Shown: positions 49,620 to 60,214, counted from the stretch's first letter. The stretch: DNA of 62,961 bases from an uncultured Clostridium sp. (GCA_946500265.1 CAMMVE010000001.1:66099-129059), one strand, 5' to 3'. Notes: generated by a model from the letters alone, not told the origin. A program made the numbers and translations.

Positions 49620-49829
49620 ATGAGACAAATTATAGCAGCAAAGCTAATCATATTAGCAATGGCAACTACTATAGCTGTGCTTATTTGCATTATTGGTTAT
49701 GGTATATTTTTTAGTCCAAACGGTATTTTTACCATGTTAGCAAAAACTAGAGCAGTTATAGAGACTGGTTATCAAACAGAAGCAGAAACATTAACAAAGA
49801 TGGATGAATACATTAATTCTTTTATGTAA
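49620..49829 (+). CDS. Small membrane protein, degenerate pilin-like N-terminus
   Basis: Hydrophobic helix followed by S.NGI...A helix; own promoter and RBS GAAGGG. Confidence 0.6.
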   Translation: MRQIIAAKLIILAMATTIAVLICIIGYGIFFSPNGIFTMLAKTRAVIETGYQTEAETLTKMDEYINSFM

Positions 49830-49883
49830 GATGTTTATTATAAATTAAAATTAAGAATTAAAAAAATTTAATATTGAAAGGCG

Positions 49884-49940
49884 AGGAGTGTCCCAAAAGT
49901 TCAAAAACTTGAACAAATAGGAGTGTCCCTTTTGTTCAAG
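49884..49940. repeat. Subfamily B element (tandem form), right member of inverted pair
   Basis: AGGAGTGTCCCAAAAGTTCAAAAACTTGAACAAATAGGAGTGTCCCTTTTGTTCAAG just before the glyQS RBS. Confidence 0.88.
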
Positions 49941-49961
49941 ATTAAAAAAGGAGAATACGAA

Positions 49962-51347
49962 ATGGAAAATTTGACAATGGATAAAATAGTTGGTTTATGT
50001 AAGAATAGAGGATATGTATATCCTGGTTCTGAAATTTATGGAGGGCTAGCCAATACTTGGGATTATGGTCCTTTAGGCGTAGAGCTTAAAAACAATATAA
50101 AGAATGCGTGGAGAAAAAAGTTTATACAAGAAAGTAAGCACAATGTAGGGCTAGATGCAGCAATACTTATGAATCCAGAAACATGGGTTGCTTCTGGGCA
50201 TGTTGGTGGTTTTTCTGATCCGCTAATTGACTGCAAAGAATGTAAAACTAGACACAGAGCAGATAAATTAATAGAAGAATGGGCTCATAAGCAAGGTAAA
50301 GATATGATAGCTGACGGCATGAGCGATGAAGACATGATTAATTTTATAAAAGAAAATCATATTCCTTGCCCTAATTGTGGAAAAGAGAATTTTACAGATA
50401 TTCGTAAGTTTAACCTTATGTTTAAAACTTTTCAAGGTGTAACAGAAGATTCAAAAGCTGAAATTTACCTAAGACCAGAAACTGCTCAAGGTATATTCGT
50501 CAATTTTAAAAATGTACTACGTACAACAAGAAGAAAATTACCTATGGGTATTGGTCAAATTGGTAAAGCTTTTAGAAATGAAATTACTCCAGGAAATTTC
50601 ACATTTAGGACACGTGAATTTGAACAAATGGAGTTAGAATTTTTCTGTAAGCCTGGAACAGATTTAGAATGGTTTAACTACTGGAAAGATTTTTGCAAGA
50701 ACTTCTTGTTATCTCTTGGCATGAAAGAAGATAACATACGTTTACGTGACCACTCAGCTGAGGAATTGGTATTTTATAGCAAAGCAACTACAGATATAGA
50801 ATTTGCTTTTCCTTTTGGATGGGGTGAGTTATGGGGCATAGCAGATAGAACTGATTATGACTTAAAACAACATATGAACCATTCTAAGGAAGATATGAGT
50901 TATTTAGATACTGAAACTAATGAAAAATACATACCATATTGCATAGAACCATCATTAGGATGCGATAGGGTTGCACTTGCATTTTTGTGCAATAGCTATG
51001 ATGAAGAAGAAATTGCAGAAGGAGATGTAAGAACAGTTTTACATTTACATCCTGCACTAGCACCATATAAAGTAGCTGTTTTGCCACTTTCGAAAAAATT
51101 AAGCGAAAAAGCTGAAGAAGTATATATTAATCTATCTAAGAAATTCATGTGCGATTATGATGAGGCTGGAAGCATAGGAAAGAGATATAGAAGAGAAGAC
51201 GAAATAGGAACTCCATATTGTGTAACTATTGATTTTGACACACTTGAGGATAATTGCGTAACTATTAGAGATAGAGATACAATGGAACAAGTAAGAGTAA
51301 ATATTAATGAACTTGAAGCTTGGATTCAAGATAAAATTGAATTTTAG
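49962..51347 (+). CDS. glyQS: Glycine--tRNA ligase, alpha2 type
   Basis: YGG....[58 protein letters not shown]; ATG 49962. Confidence 0.97.
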   Translation: MENLTMDKIVGLCKNRGYVYPGSEIYGGLANTWDYGPLGVELKNNIKNAWRKKFIQESKHNVGLDAAILMNPETWVASGHVGGFSDPLIDCKECKTRHRADKLIEEWAHKQGKDMIADGMSDEDMINFIKENHIPCPNCGKENFTDIRKFNLMFKTFQGVTEDSKAEIYLRPETAQGIFVNFKNVLRTTRRKLPMGIGQIGKAFRNEITPGNFTFRTREFEQMELEFFCKPGTDLEWFNYWKDFCKNFLLSLGMKEDNIRLRDHSAEELVFYSKATTDIEFAFPFGWGELWGIADRTDYDLKQHMNHSKEDMSYLDTETNEKYIPYCIEPSLGCDRVALAFLCNSYDEEEIAEGDVRTVLHLHPALAPYKVAVLPLSKKLSEKAEEVYINLSKKFMCDYDEAGSIGKRYRREDEIGTPYCVTIDFDTLEDNCVTIRDRDTMEQVRVNINELEAWIQDKIEF

Positions 51348-51377
51348 TTTTATTGATTTAGATTTGACTAAAAGCCA

Positions 51378-51420
51378 GTGAAACACTGGGGACAGATTTT
51401 AATCTGTCCCGTAGTTTCAC
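51378..51420. repeat. Subfamily C element (full length)
   Basis: GTGAAACACTGGGGACAGATTTTAATCTGTCCCGTAGTTTCAC. Confidence 0.88.
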
Positions 51421-51500
51421 AATTAGAAACTAATTACTTAAGAAAGGATATCACAATATAATAAATTTTAGAGTTTATTATATTGTATAAGAAAGATCAA

Positions 51501-52496
51501 ATGGGAAATATTAAATATATTTTAAAAAGATTAAAAACAATGGATAAGAAAGCTATGTTTGATAAAATTGACTCTATCCATAAGAAAACTGGAAAATCAA
51601 AATTGTATCTGTTATGGGATATGCAAAGATGTGCTAGAAAGTATGGCGCTGGTTATATGGACTATGATTTGTTTGAAATGTATAATTTAACTCCAGCGCA
51701 AAGAGATACGTACATAACCAGAGGGAGAAATAATGAAATAGTAAGTAAATATAACAAAAAAGATTATTTCCACATTTTCGAGAACAAAGATGAATTTAAT
51801 GAACTTTTTAAGGACTATATAAAAAGAGACTGGATTAAAGTAAAAGGAACTCCAAAAGAAGATGTAATTGCATTTATGGAAAGGCATCATGAATTTATGG
51901 CAAAACCTATTGACGGCGGATGCGGTCATGGAATTGAAAAAATAAAAATAGAAGACTATCCTTCACTTGATGCTGTTTATAATAAACTAATTGAAGGTAA
52001 TAATAATTTTGAACTTGAAGAAGTTATAAAACAACATCCTGATGTGAGCAAAATTTATCCTGATGCAATTAACACAGTAAGAATTGTAACTATTCTAAAA
52101 GATGGAACGCCACATGTAATTTGTTCTTATTTTAGAATAGGAAATGGTAAATTTGTTGATAACTTTAATAGCGGCGGAATGGTGGCTCCTGTTGATGAAA
52201 AAACAGGGGAGATAATGGATAGAGCAATTGACAAAAACAAGAATTCATATGAAACACATCCTCAAACAGGCGCTAAAATTAAAGGGTTCAAATTCCCAGA
52301 CTGGGATAAAGCAATAAACATGTGTAAAGAAGCATCAAAGGTTGTTCCTCAAATGGGGTATATAGGTTGGGATGTTTGCTTCACACCAGATGGACCAATA
52401 TTTGTAGAAGGAAATGAATTCCCAGGGCATGATATATATCAACTTCCAGAACACACACCTAATAAAATAGGTATGATGCCTAAATTTAATATATAG
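51501..52496 (+). CDS. Sugar-transfer-associated ATP-grasp protein
   Basis: KP..G..G.GI, EE.IKQHP, NTVRIVT, R.G....VDNFNSGG, HP.TG, GWDV, EGN. Confidence 0.8.
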   Translation: MGNIKYILKRLKTMDKKAMFDKIDSIHKKTGKSKLYLLWDMQRCARKYGAGYMDYDLFEMYNLTPAQRDTYITRGRNNEIVSKYNKKDYFHIFENKDEFNELFKDYIKRDWIKVKGTPKEDVIAFMERHHEFMAKPIDGGCGHGIEKIKIEDYPSLDAVYNKLIEGNNNFELEEVIKQHPDVSKIYPDAINTVRIVTILKDGTPHVICSYFRIGNGKFVDNFNSGGMVAPVDEKTGEIMDRAIDKNKNSYETHPQTGAKIKGFKFPDWDKAINMCKEASKVVPQMGYIGWDVCFTPDGPIFVEGNEFPGHDIYQLPEHTPNKIGMMPKFNI

Positions 52497-52664
52497 ATTT
52501 TGTATTATTTAAGTATTATAAAATTAAGCATGTCCTGCAACGGTAGTTTTAATTAAAAAAGTCTCGCGTCGTCCCAACGGAGCTACCTGCGCCGCTTGAC
52601 TTTTTTAATTATAAACTCCTTGCGCGGACTTTAAATTTTACAAAATCCTTAAATAATACAAAAT
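52497..52664. repeat. 168-bp rod-like hairpin element
   Basis: Perfect 17-bp arms ATTTTGTATTATTTAAG/CTTAAATAATACAAAAT; inner GTCC..GCAA..AGTTT pairs with AAACT..TTGC..GGAC; TAATTAAAAAAGTC/GACTTTTTTAATTA; contains the 22-mer shared with 6353-6374. Confidence 0.8.
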
Positions 52665-52692
52665 TTACAAATATACTAATAGGAGAAATAAT

Positions 52693-54351
52693 TTGAAAGG
52701 ACAAGGGATTAAAAAAACTGCAAATTCTTTTATGAAAAATGTTGTGATGCTTATTTTTTCACAACTTTTAATAAAGGTGCTTGGATTAGTTTATAAATTA
52801 GTTATAACAAATATAGAAGGTTTTGGAGATACAGGACTTGGCTATTATTCAGCTGGATACCAAATATATGCTCTTTTACTTACACTTTCATCAATAGGAA
52901 TTCCAAGCGTTATATCTAAACTTGTGTCTGAGAGAATTGCTATAGGAGATACAAAAGGAGCACAAAGGATTTTCAGAATTGCATTTAAATTCTTTACTAC
53001 ATTAGGATTTATACTATCAATAGGACTTTTTTTAGGAGCTGACTTTATTGCAACAAACATTTTAAATGTTCCAGATGTAGCATATGTAATGAAAGTACTA
53101 TCTCCAGCAATAGTTTTTGTTGCTATGTCTGCTGTATTTAGAGGATATTTCTCCGGACAGCAAAATATGAAGCCTACTAGTGTTTCACAAACCTTAGAAC
53201 AGTTTTTAAATTGCGTTTTGTCAATAACATTTGTGTATGCATGCATTGGAAAAGATCCATATATAATGGCTGCAGCAGGAAATCTTTCGACTACATGTGC
53301 AATAGTTATAACTTTTATCTATTTGAGAATGTATTATGGAAAACATAAATTAAATACCAAAAATTCAATTGTATCACCTGAAAGGAAAAAAACAAACAAG
53401 GAATTATTAAGAACAATATTAGGAATATCTATTCCAATTACTATAAGCTCGTTAATCTCTGTAATAAGTGGAGTTATAGATACAGCAACAGTAAGTAACT
53501 GTATTCAGATATCACTTCAAGGCGCAAACATGACAAAAGAAGCACTTGAACAGGCTGCAATGTCTGCAACAGGAATTTTATCGAAAGTTGATACTTTGGT
53601 AAGCTTCCCACTCGCAATAAATCTAGCGTTTTCAACAGCGCTAACACCTGCAATTTCGGAAGCACTTGCTGTTAAAGATAAAAAATCAGCTTCGAGAAGA
53701 CTATCATTTTCATTCTTTGCATCTTTAATAATCATACTACCTTGTTCATTAGGATTTATTGCATTAGCGGAGCCAATATTAAAAATGCTATATCCTACAG
53801 CTTCTGATGGAGCAGGAATATTTATGATAGCATCAGTATCAATGATATTAACATCACTATCTCAAACACTTACAGGAGGACTATATGGTGTTAATCAGTC
53901 AAAAGTACCAGCCATTGCAGCAGGACTAGGAGCAATAATTAAATTTATATTGAATATGATATTGATAAGTAATCCAAACATAGGAATATATGGAGCTGCA
54001 ATAAGCTCATTTGTATATCAAGTATTAGTATTCTTCATATGCTATAATGTAATGAATAGATGCGTAAACATGCACATTAAGTTTAAAACGCATATCTTGA
54101 AGCCTTTAATTTCAGCAATAGGAATGGGGTTAGTAGTATTCGGGGGATACAAGTTATTCTCAATGGCATTAGGAAATACAATAAGCACAATACTTTCAAT
54201 ATTGTTAGGTGCTTTAACTTACTGCGCATTAATTCTACTTACAAAAGCACTTACAAAAGAAGATATAATGATGATACCTTATGGAACGAAAATATATGGT
54301 ATACTCGTAAAAATGAGAATTTATAAAGAAGAAAGGGAACCTTTAGAATAA
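52693..54351 (+). CDS. MOP-superfamily flippase (MurJ/SpoVB-like)
   Basis: Many TM helices, G.GYY..GY.IY, GIP..ISKLV, RGYF.G.QNM.P..SQ..EQ; TTG start after AGGAGA. Confidence 0.88.
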   Translation: MKGQGIKKTANSFMKNVVMLIFSQLLIKVLGLVYKLVITNIEGFGDTGLGYYSAGYQIYALLLTLSSIGIPSVISKLVSERIAIGDTKGAQRIFRIAFKFFTTLGFILSIGLFLGADFIATNILNVPDVAYVMKVLSPAIVFVAMSAVFRGYFSGQQNMKPTSVSQTLEQFLNCVLSITFVYACIGKDPYIMAAAGNLSTTCAIVITFIYLRMYYGKHKLNTKNSIVSPERKKTNKELLRTILGISIPITISSLISVISGVIDTATVSNCIQISLQGANMTKEALEQAAMSATGILSKVDTLVSFPLAINLAFSTALTPAISEALAVKDKKSASRRLSFSFFASLIIILPCSLGFIALAEPILKMLYPTASDGAGIFMIASVSMILTSLSQTLTGGLYGVNQSKVPAIAAGLGAIIKFILNMILISNPNIGIYGAAISSFVYQVLVFFICYNVMNRCVNMHIKFKTHILKPLISAIGMGLVVFGGYKLFSMALGNTISTILSILLGALTYCALILLTKALTKEDIMMIPYGTKIYGILVKMRIYKEEREPLE

Positions 54352-54429
54352 AGAATATGGTTCCATGAACACACCACAGAAAAATATATGTTTTTCTGTG
54401 GCAATTATTTTAAAGAGAGAGGAAAGAAA

Positions 54430-54705
54430 ATGATAAAATATTTTATTATTTATTTAGTAGTGATAAATTTAATAGCATTTCTTGCAATGTATATAGATAA
54501 GCGAAAAGCTAAATATGGAAAATGGAGAATTCCAGAACAAACATTGCTAGTTTTAGCAATAATCGGAGGAAGTATTGGTGCAATTGCAGGAATGTATACA
54601 TTTAGGCACAAGACTAAGAAACTTAGATTTTCCATTGGTTTTCCAGTAATTTTAGTTTTACAAATAATACTTATAATTTCTATTTGGAATGACTTCTTTG
54701 TATAA
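54430..54705 (+). CDS. DUF1294 family membrane protein
   Basis: DKRKA....WRIPE..L......GGS.GA..GMY.FRHKT.K..F. Confidence 0.9.
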   Translation: MIKYFIIYLVVINLIAFLAMYIDKRKAKYGKWRIPEQTLLVLAIIGGSIGAIAGMYTFRHKTKKLRFSIGFPVILVLQIILIISIWNDFFV

Positions 54706-54773
54706 ATTGACATAATGTGATATAATGGAGGATATAGAGTAATCTATAATATTATTTTGAAAGGATGTTTGCA

Positions 54774-55223
54774 ATGACAATCAATGAAATTCTGGAATGC
54801 GGTGCAAAAGAGTTCGAGGAGACAACAGACCAAGTGGCTAATCGGATTATCGAGAACACAAAAAAATTAATAGAACAAAATATCAGAATGCCATATGGCT
54901 TCGAATTTTCTATCTATCTCTCTTACATTAAACCAACGTTCAATACTAACGTACTTAACAGTCCTGAACTTAATACACTTTACAGAGCATCTTTTGATTT
55001 TGAATTTGAAGGACCTACGGAATGTACGATTATATACGTTACTAACGTTCTCATGAAAGCGCAACAAATGTTGCAAGAAGAAGGAGGAAGGTTGGCAGAT
55101 CCAATGGATGCAAGAGGAGCTGGAGTAATCAGTGATTGCTTATTAAGATTTAAGGTAGGAGGATTCGAAAAGAAAGACAACATAAAAAAAGAATCCAGAG
55201 AAAAAGAACCGTGGGAGAAGTAA
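54774..55223 (+). CDS. Hypothetical orphan protein (about 149 aa)
   Basis: Promoter TTGTAT-17-TATAAT with TG (54698-54726), RBS AAAGGA, terminator 55267-55296; atypical codons. Confidence 0.7.
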   Translation: MTINEILECGAKEFEETTDQVANRIIENTKKLIEQNIRMPYGFEFSIYLSYIKPTFNTNVLNSPELNTLYRASFDFEFEGPTECTIIYVTNVLMKAQQMLQEEGGRLADPMDARGAGVISDCLLRFKVGGFEKKDNIKKESREKEPWEK

Positions 55224-55266
55224 ACATTCTGTGAAGTTACTCTCTGATTTGAGAGTACTTAACTAC

Positions 55267-55296
55267 AAAATCCAGTCTGATAAAGGCTGGATTTTT
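55267..55296 (+). terminator. Terminator
   Basis: AAAATCCAGTCT/AGGCTGGATTTT. Confidence 0.75.
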
Positions 55297-55496
55297 CTAT
55301 AAAATAAAAAATTATTTTCATTTCATATTTACTTTTTTTAAACTTATTTATATAATATTTGTGTGAAGAAAAAATTATACAAAAGCAGTATAAAATTTAT
55401 TAATTTGCAAAAGATAGAAATAAAATGGTTGTCGGTTTGAAAATAAAGAGCATAATTATTTTGAACCGAGCATACCTATAGAAAGGAACGTGTTTT

Positions 55497-58121
55497 ATGG
55501 ATAAAAAGTATGTGTACTTATTTAAAGAAGGTAACGCAAATATGCGTGAATTACTTGGAGGAAAAGGTGCAAACCTAGCAGAAATGACTAATTTAGGCTT
55601 GCCAATTCCACAAGGTTTTACAATTACAACAGAAGCTTGTATTGAATATTACGATAATGGCGAGACAATATCAGATACTGTAAAATCACAAATTTTCAGT
55701 AGTTTAAGAGAACTTGAGAAGATAACTGGAAAGCAATTTGGAAATCCGGAGAATCCACTTTTGGTTTCAGTTCGTTCAGGTGCAAGAGCTTCTATGCCTG
55801 GTATGATGGATACTATCTTAAACCTTGGTTTGAACAAAGAAGTTGTAGAAGCAATGGCTAAAAAGAATGAACGTTTTGCATATGATAGCTATAGAAGATT
55901 TATTCAAATGTTTAGTGATGTTGTAATGGAAATACCAAAATCTTTATTTGAAGACGCAATAGATGAAATGAAGAAGAAAAAAGGAGTTCAGTTAGATACA
56001 GAGCTTGATAGCAATGATTTAAAAGAGCTAGTTAAGAAATTTAAAGCAATATACAAGAAAGAACGTGGAGAAGAATTTCCAACTAATCCAGAGGAACAAT
56101 TAATTGAAGCTGTTACAGCAGTATTCCGTTCATGGAATAATCCTAGAGCGATAACATATAGACGTTTAAATGATATACCAAGTAGCTGGGGAACAGCTGT
56201 TAACGTGCAAGAGATGGTATTTGGAAATATGGGAGATGACTGTGGTACAGGTGTTGCATTTTCTCGTAATCCAGCAACAGGAGAAAACAAAATATTTGGT
56301 GAATACTTAATGAATGCGCAAGGAGAGGATGTTGTTGCAGGTATTCGTACACCACAGCCAATAGAAACATTAAAAGAAACTGATATGGAAGCATATCAAG
56401 ATTTTGTAATGTATGCTACTATGCTTGAAAAACATTATAAAGATATGCAAGATATGGAGTTTACAATTGAAAATGGAAAGCTATATTTCCTACAAACCAG
56501 AAATGGAAAAAGAACTGCAACAGCAGCACTTCAAATTGCAGTAGATTTAGTAAAAGAAGGAATGATAACAGAAAAAGAAGCTGTTTTAAGAGTAGAGCCA
56601 AATCAATTAGACCAATTGTTGCATCCAAACTTTGACCAAGAAAAATTAAAAGTTGCAAAACCAATTGCAAAAGGGTTAGCTGCATCTCCAGGAGCTGCAA
56701 CAGGTAAAGTAGTATTCACAGCAGAGGAAGCTCTAGAAAGACATAATAATGGAGAAAAAGATTTAATATTAGTTAGACTTGAAACATCTCCAGAAGATAT
56801 TGATGGAATGCATGTATGCCATGGAATTCTTACAGTAAGAGGAGGTATGACATCACATGCGGCAGTTGTAGCACGTGGAATGGGAACATGCTGCGTATCA
56901 GGATGCTCAGAAATATCTGTTAATGAAGAAGAAGGAATATTTACAGTTGGAGGAAACACATATCATGATGGAGACTGGATTTCATTAGACGGAAGTACAG
57001 GAAGTGTATATGGTGAAAAGATAGATACAGTTACAGCAACAGTTTCAGGAAACTTTGCTAAATTTATGGAGTGGGCAGACAGATATAGACAAATGGAAGT
57101 AAGAACAAATGCAGATACTCCAAAGGATGCAAAACAAGCATATGAATTTGGAGCACAGGGAATTGGATTATGTAGAACAGAGCATATGTTCTTTGCACCA
57201 GAAAGAATTGCAGCAATAAGAGAAATGATAGTATCTAAAACAAAAGAGCAAAGGGAAAAAGCATTAGAAAAAATACTACCAATGCAAAGAGAAGATTTTG
57301 AAGGCTTATTCAGAGAAATGAAGGGATATCCAGTAACTATTAGATTACTAGATCCACCTTTACATGAATTTTTACCACATACAGATGAAGAAATAAAATC
57401 ATTAGCAAAAGATATGAGCATGACATTCGAGGAGCTTAAAGATGTAGTTGTAGGATTACATGAGTTTAACCCAATGATGGGACATAGAGGATGTAGACTA
57501 GATGTAACTTACCCAGAAATTGGTGTAATGCAAACAAAAGCAATTATAGGAGCTGCTATAAATGTACAAAAGGAAGGAATACAAGTAAAACCAGAAATTA
57601 TGATTCCTCTTGTTGGTGATTATAAAGAGCTTGTATATGTAAAGCAAATTATAACTTCTACAGCAGACAAGATGTTAAAAGAAGCTGATATGGATATAAA
57701 ATACATGGTAGGAACAATGATAGAAATTCCAAGAGCATGCTTAATTGCAGATAAAATTGCAAAAGAAGCAGAATTCTTCTCATTTGGTACAAATGATTTA
57801 ACACAAATGACATTTGGATTCAGCCGTGATGATGCAGGAAAATTCTTAGGAGAATATTATGCAAAAGGAATTTACGATTTTGATCCATTTGCAAGAATAG
57901 ATGAATCAGGAGTAGGACAATTAGTAGAACATGCTGCAGAATTAGGAAGACAAACAAGACCAGATATAGAGCTTGGTATATGTGGAGAACATGGAGGAAA
58001 TCCACCAACAGTTGAATATTGTCATAGAATAGGATTAACATATGTATCATGCTCACCATTTAGAGTTCCAATAGCTCGCTTAGCAGCAGCACAAGCAGCA
58101 ATAAAATATCCAAGGTTCTAA
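55497..58121 (+). CDS. ppdK: Pyruvate, phosphate dikinase
   Basis: LLGGKGANLAEM, SVRSGARASMPGMMDT, GGMTSHAAVVAR, GLCRTEHMF, SFGTNDLTQ, GICGEHGG. Confidence 0.98.
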   Translation: MDKKYVYLFKEGNANMRELLGGKGANLAEMTNLGLPIPQGFTITTEACIEYYDNGETISDTVKSQIFSSLRELEKITGKQFGNPENPLLVSVRSGARASMPGMMDTILNLGLNKEVVEAMAKKNERFAYDSYRRFIQMFSDVVMEIPKSLFEDAIDEMKKKKGVQLDTELDSNDLKELVKKFKAIYKKERGEEFPTNPEEQLIEAVTAVFRSWNNPRAITYRRLNDIPSSWGTAVNVQEMVFGNMGDDCGTGVAFSRNPATGENKIFGEYLMNAQGEDVVAGIRTPQPIETLKETDMEAYQDFVMYATMLEKHYKDMQDMEFTIENGKLYFLQTRNGKRTATAALQIAVDLVKEGMITEKEAVLRVEPNQLDQLLHPNFDQEKLKVAKPIAKGLAASPGAATGKVVFTAEEALERHNNGEKDLILVRLETSPEDIDGMHVCHGILTVRGGMTSHAAVVARGMGTCCVSGCSEISVNEEEGIFTVGGNTYHDGDWISLDGSTGSVYGEKIDTVTATVSGNFAKFMEWADRYRQMEVRTNADTPKDAKQAYEFGAQGIGLCRTEHMFFAPERIAAIREMIVSKTKEQREKALEKILPMQREDFEGLFREMKGYPVTIRLLDPPLHEFLPHTDEEIKSLAKDMSMTFEELKDVVVGLHEFNPMMGHRGCRLDVTYPEIGVMQTKAIIGAAINVQKEGIQVKPEIMIPLVGDYKELVYVKQIITSTADKMLKEADMDIKYMVGTMIEIPRACLIADKIAKEAEFFSFGTNDLTQMTFGFSRDDAGKFLGEYYAKGIYDFDPFARIDESGVGQLVEHAAELGRQTRPDIELGICGEHGGNPPTVEYCHRIGLTYVSCSPFRVPIARLAAAQAAIKYPRF

Positions 58122-58127
58122 TTTGAG

Positions 58128-58158
58128 TTCCTAATTGAGGACAGGCACCTTATAGGAG
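58128..58158. repeat. GGAC-core 31-bp element (subfamily D)
   Basis: TTCCTAATT-GAGGACAGGCACC-TTATAGGAG just after the ppdK stop. Confidence 0.7.
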
Positions 58159-58291
58159 GAGTCTGTTCTTTTAAAATACTCATAGCTTACATGAATTTTT
58201 GGTATTGCTTTGAAAGATGAATAAAATCAAATGAAAACTGTCGATAGATGTAAATTTGTCACTAAGTTTTGCAAAAGGGATGATGTTAAAT

Positions 58292-60073
58292 ATGAAAAAA
58301 CGAACTATTATTAAAATTATAATATCAATACTGATTTTTATTGCAATAATATGTTTAGAATTTTTTGGACTAAAATTCTTACAAGATACAGAAATATTAA
58401 TTTGTAATAGTAATCAGAGCATTGATATTAAAGAAGAGATGGAAAATATTACAAGTGCATTGCCTGAGGTTGGCACATATTCTGTAAAAGTTGTTACACG
58501 AAACAATGATGAAATTAATATGTATTATATGTATAACGGGCAGTTAGCTTATTATAATGGCCCTGTTGGCTCATCTCATGCTGATAGTAATTTAAGTAAA
58601 TTTTTAAGTACTCAAGCAATTGATGGTGAATTAATTTTTAATATAATTCTTATAAGTACAGCCATTTTACTAATAATTTTTATTACATATGCCTTTGTTT
58701 CAAAGAATCCAATAAAGGGCTTTATAAAAATTGGATATTTTATTTTAACAATATTAGTTTTTGTATTTTTACTATGTACTGTTCCTATGCTTTCAAAAAA
58801 CCATGGTGAAGATATTTATGCTAATACCATTGTAGTAGGAAGCTTCTTAATAGGATTACTATATGGTTGGAAAAACAAGTTTTTCTTTTTACCAACACTT
58901 TTAATGCTTCCATTGTATTTTGTTGCGACTTGGTTTAATTATAGAAATGGAATGTTATGGCCTGACGACTTTGGTGGATATGTTTTATTGGATTTTTTCG
59001 GTGCGCTAACAGGTAGAATGATAGGAAAAAATAAAGGCATTAAGAAAAAACACTTTATTGTTTATATAATATTTGCAATTCTATTATTTATTGGTTGTTT
59101 TGCAGTGAAAATAAAACCAAGAACAATTACATCTTTCATAACAGACATTTGCAATTGGGGATTAATTGGAATTGTATTTAGTGCTATTACTTATTTCGTT
59201 TACACTGCTATTAAAAAGATAAGTGTAAACATAAGAAATAATAAACGAGAAAATACCAATTCCCTAAATAAAGAAACTAATAAAATACACTTAAATGATG
59301 AAGATAATTTAGAAAATACAGATAACCCTACTGGATCTGAAATAGAAATATTAAAAGTAAATAGTGAAGATGATAAAAAAATAGAATTAAAAAATAATCA
59401 TAAAAATAGTCAAATAATTAAATACGAAGTTGTGGAATTATTTATAGTTATTGTTTTAATAGTTTTGACATTGGGAGTAAATGCTTATTATTTAAAACCT
59501 AAGAATTACATAGAATCAAATTTGCAAAATTATTCTCAGAAACTTGAAGAACAATATGCATATCGTATTGTTCAAAGCAAAGTTTATATAACGTCTGATT
59601 ATGGAGAGAATTGGAAAGAAGTTCCTGCATCTTTTAGCAATGTTTATGATACAAATAATAATTTTAGCGACCGAAGCTATTGCGTAAGTGAAAATAAAAT
59701 TATTTTTACAACAAGTGAAGGAAATTATATTAGCTTAATCTATTCAGATGATGATGGTGCAAGTTGGCAAAATGGAATGATAACAGATACTAGTGGATAT
59801 ATAATATATATGAACTTTTTTGACAAAAATAATGGAATAGCAATGGTATGCTATGGAAACGAACTAGGACAAAGAGAGCACATAAGAGCTTCAGTAACAC
59901 ATGATGGTGGTAAAACATGGACAACGCGAAAAGCTGATAGCAGTAGTGTTAGAATTAACAGAGGCGCAGAAATTGAATTCACTAGCATGCAAGATGGGAC
60001 GATAGAAAACATATCATATGATGGAAGCAAGACTGTGTATAAGACAGACGATGGGGGAATTAGTTGGAAATAA
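58292..60073 (+). CDS. Polytopic membrane protein with C-terminal Asp-box (BNR) beta-propeller-like domain
   Basis: Several TM helices; TSDYGENW, SDDDGASW, THDGGKTW, TDDGGISW. Confidence 0.75.
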   Translation: MKKRTIIKIIISILIFIAIICLEFFGLKFLQDTEILICNSNQSIDIKEEMENITSALPEVGTYSVKVVTRNNDEINMYYMYNGQLAYYNGPVGSSHADSNLSKFLSTQAIDGELIFNIILISTAILLIIFITYAFVSKNPIKGFIKIGYFILTILVFVFLLCTVPMLSKNHGEDIYANTIVVGSFLIGLLYGWKNKFFFLPTLLMLPLYFVATWFNYRNGMLWPDDFGGYVLLDFFGALTGRMIGKNKGIKKKHFIVYIIFAILLFIGCFAVKIKPRTITSFITDICNWGLIGIVFSAITYFVYTAIKKISVNIRNNKRENTNSLNKETNKIHLNDEDNLENTDNPTGSEIEILKVNSEDDKKIELKNNHKNSQIIKYEVVELFIVIVLIVLTLGVNAYYLKPKNYIESNLQNYSQKLEEQYAYRIVQSKVYITSDYGENWKEVPASFSNVYDTNNNFSDRSYCVSENKIIFTTSEGNYISLIYSDDDGASWQNGMITDTSGYIIYMNFFDKNNGIAMVCYGNELGQREHIRASVTHDGGKTWTTRKADSSSVRINRGAEIEFTSMQDGTIENISYDGSKTVYKTDDGGISWK

Positions 60074-60103
60074 TATGAATAGAGATAATATGAATAGAGA
60101 TAA
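60070..60103 (+). repeat. 15-bp tandem duplication spanning the stop codon
   Basis: ATAATATGAATAGAG x2 + ATAA. Confidence 0.75.
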
Positions 60104-60214
60104 GTTGAATTTAGCTCTTATATCTTATACAAAACAACAACTTGACATAATTCGAAATATTTTTTATAATTATGATATGGGCTTTCACAATTCTTTTTTA
60201 TTATTATAGGAGGA

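Noticed and set aside
49830-49961. T-box leader for glyQS
   Set aside because: No T-box consensus or terminator/antiterminator visible; the space is AT-rich DNA plus the B repeat
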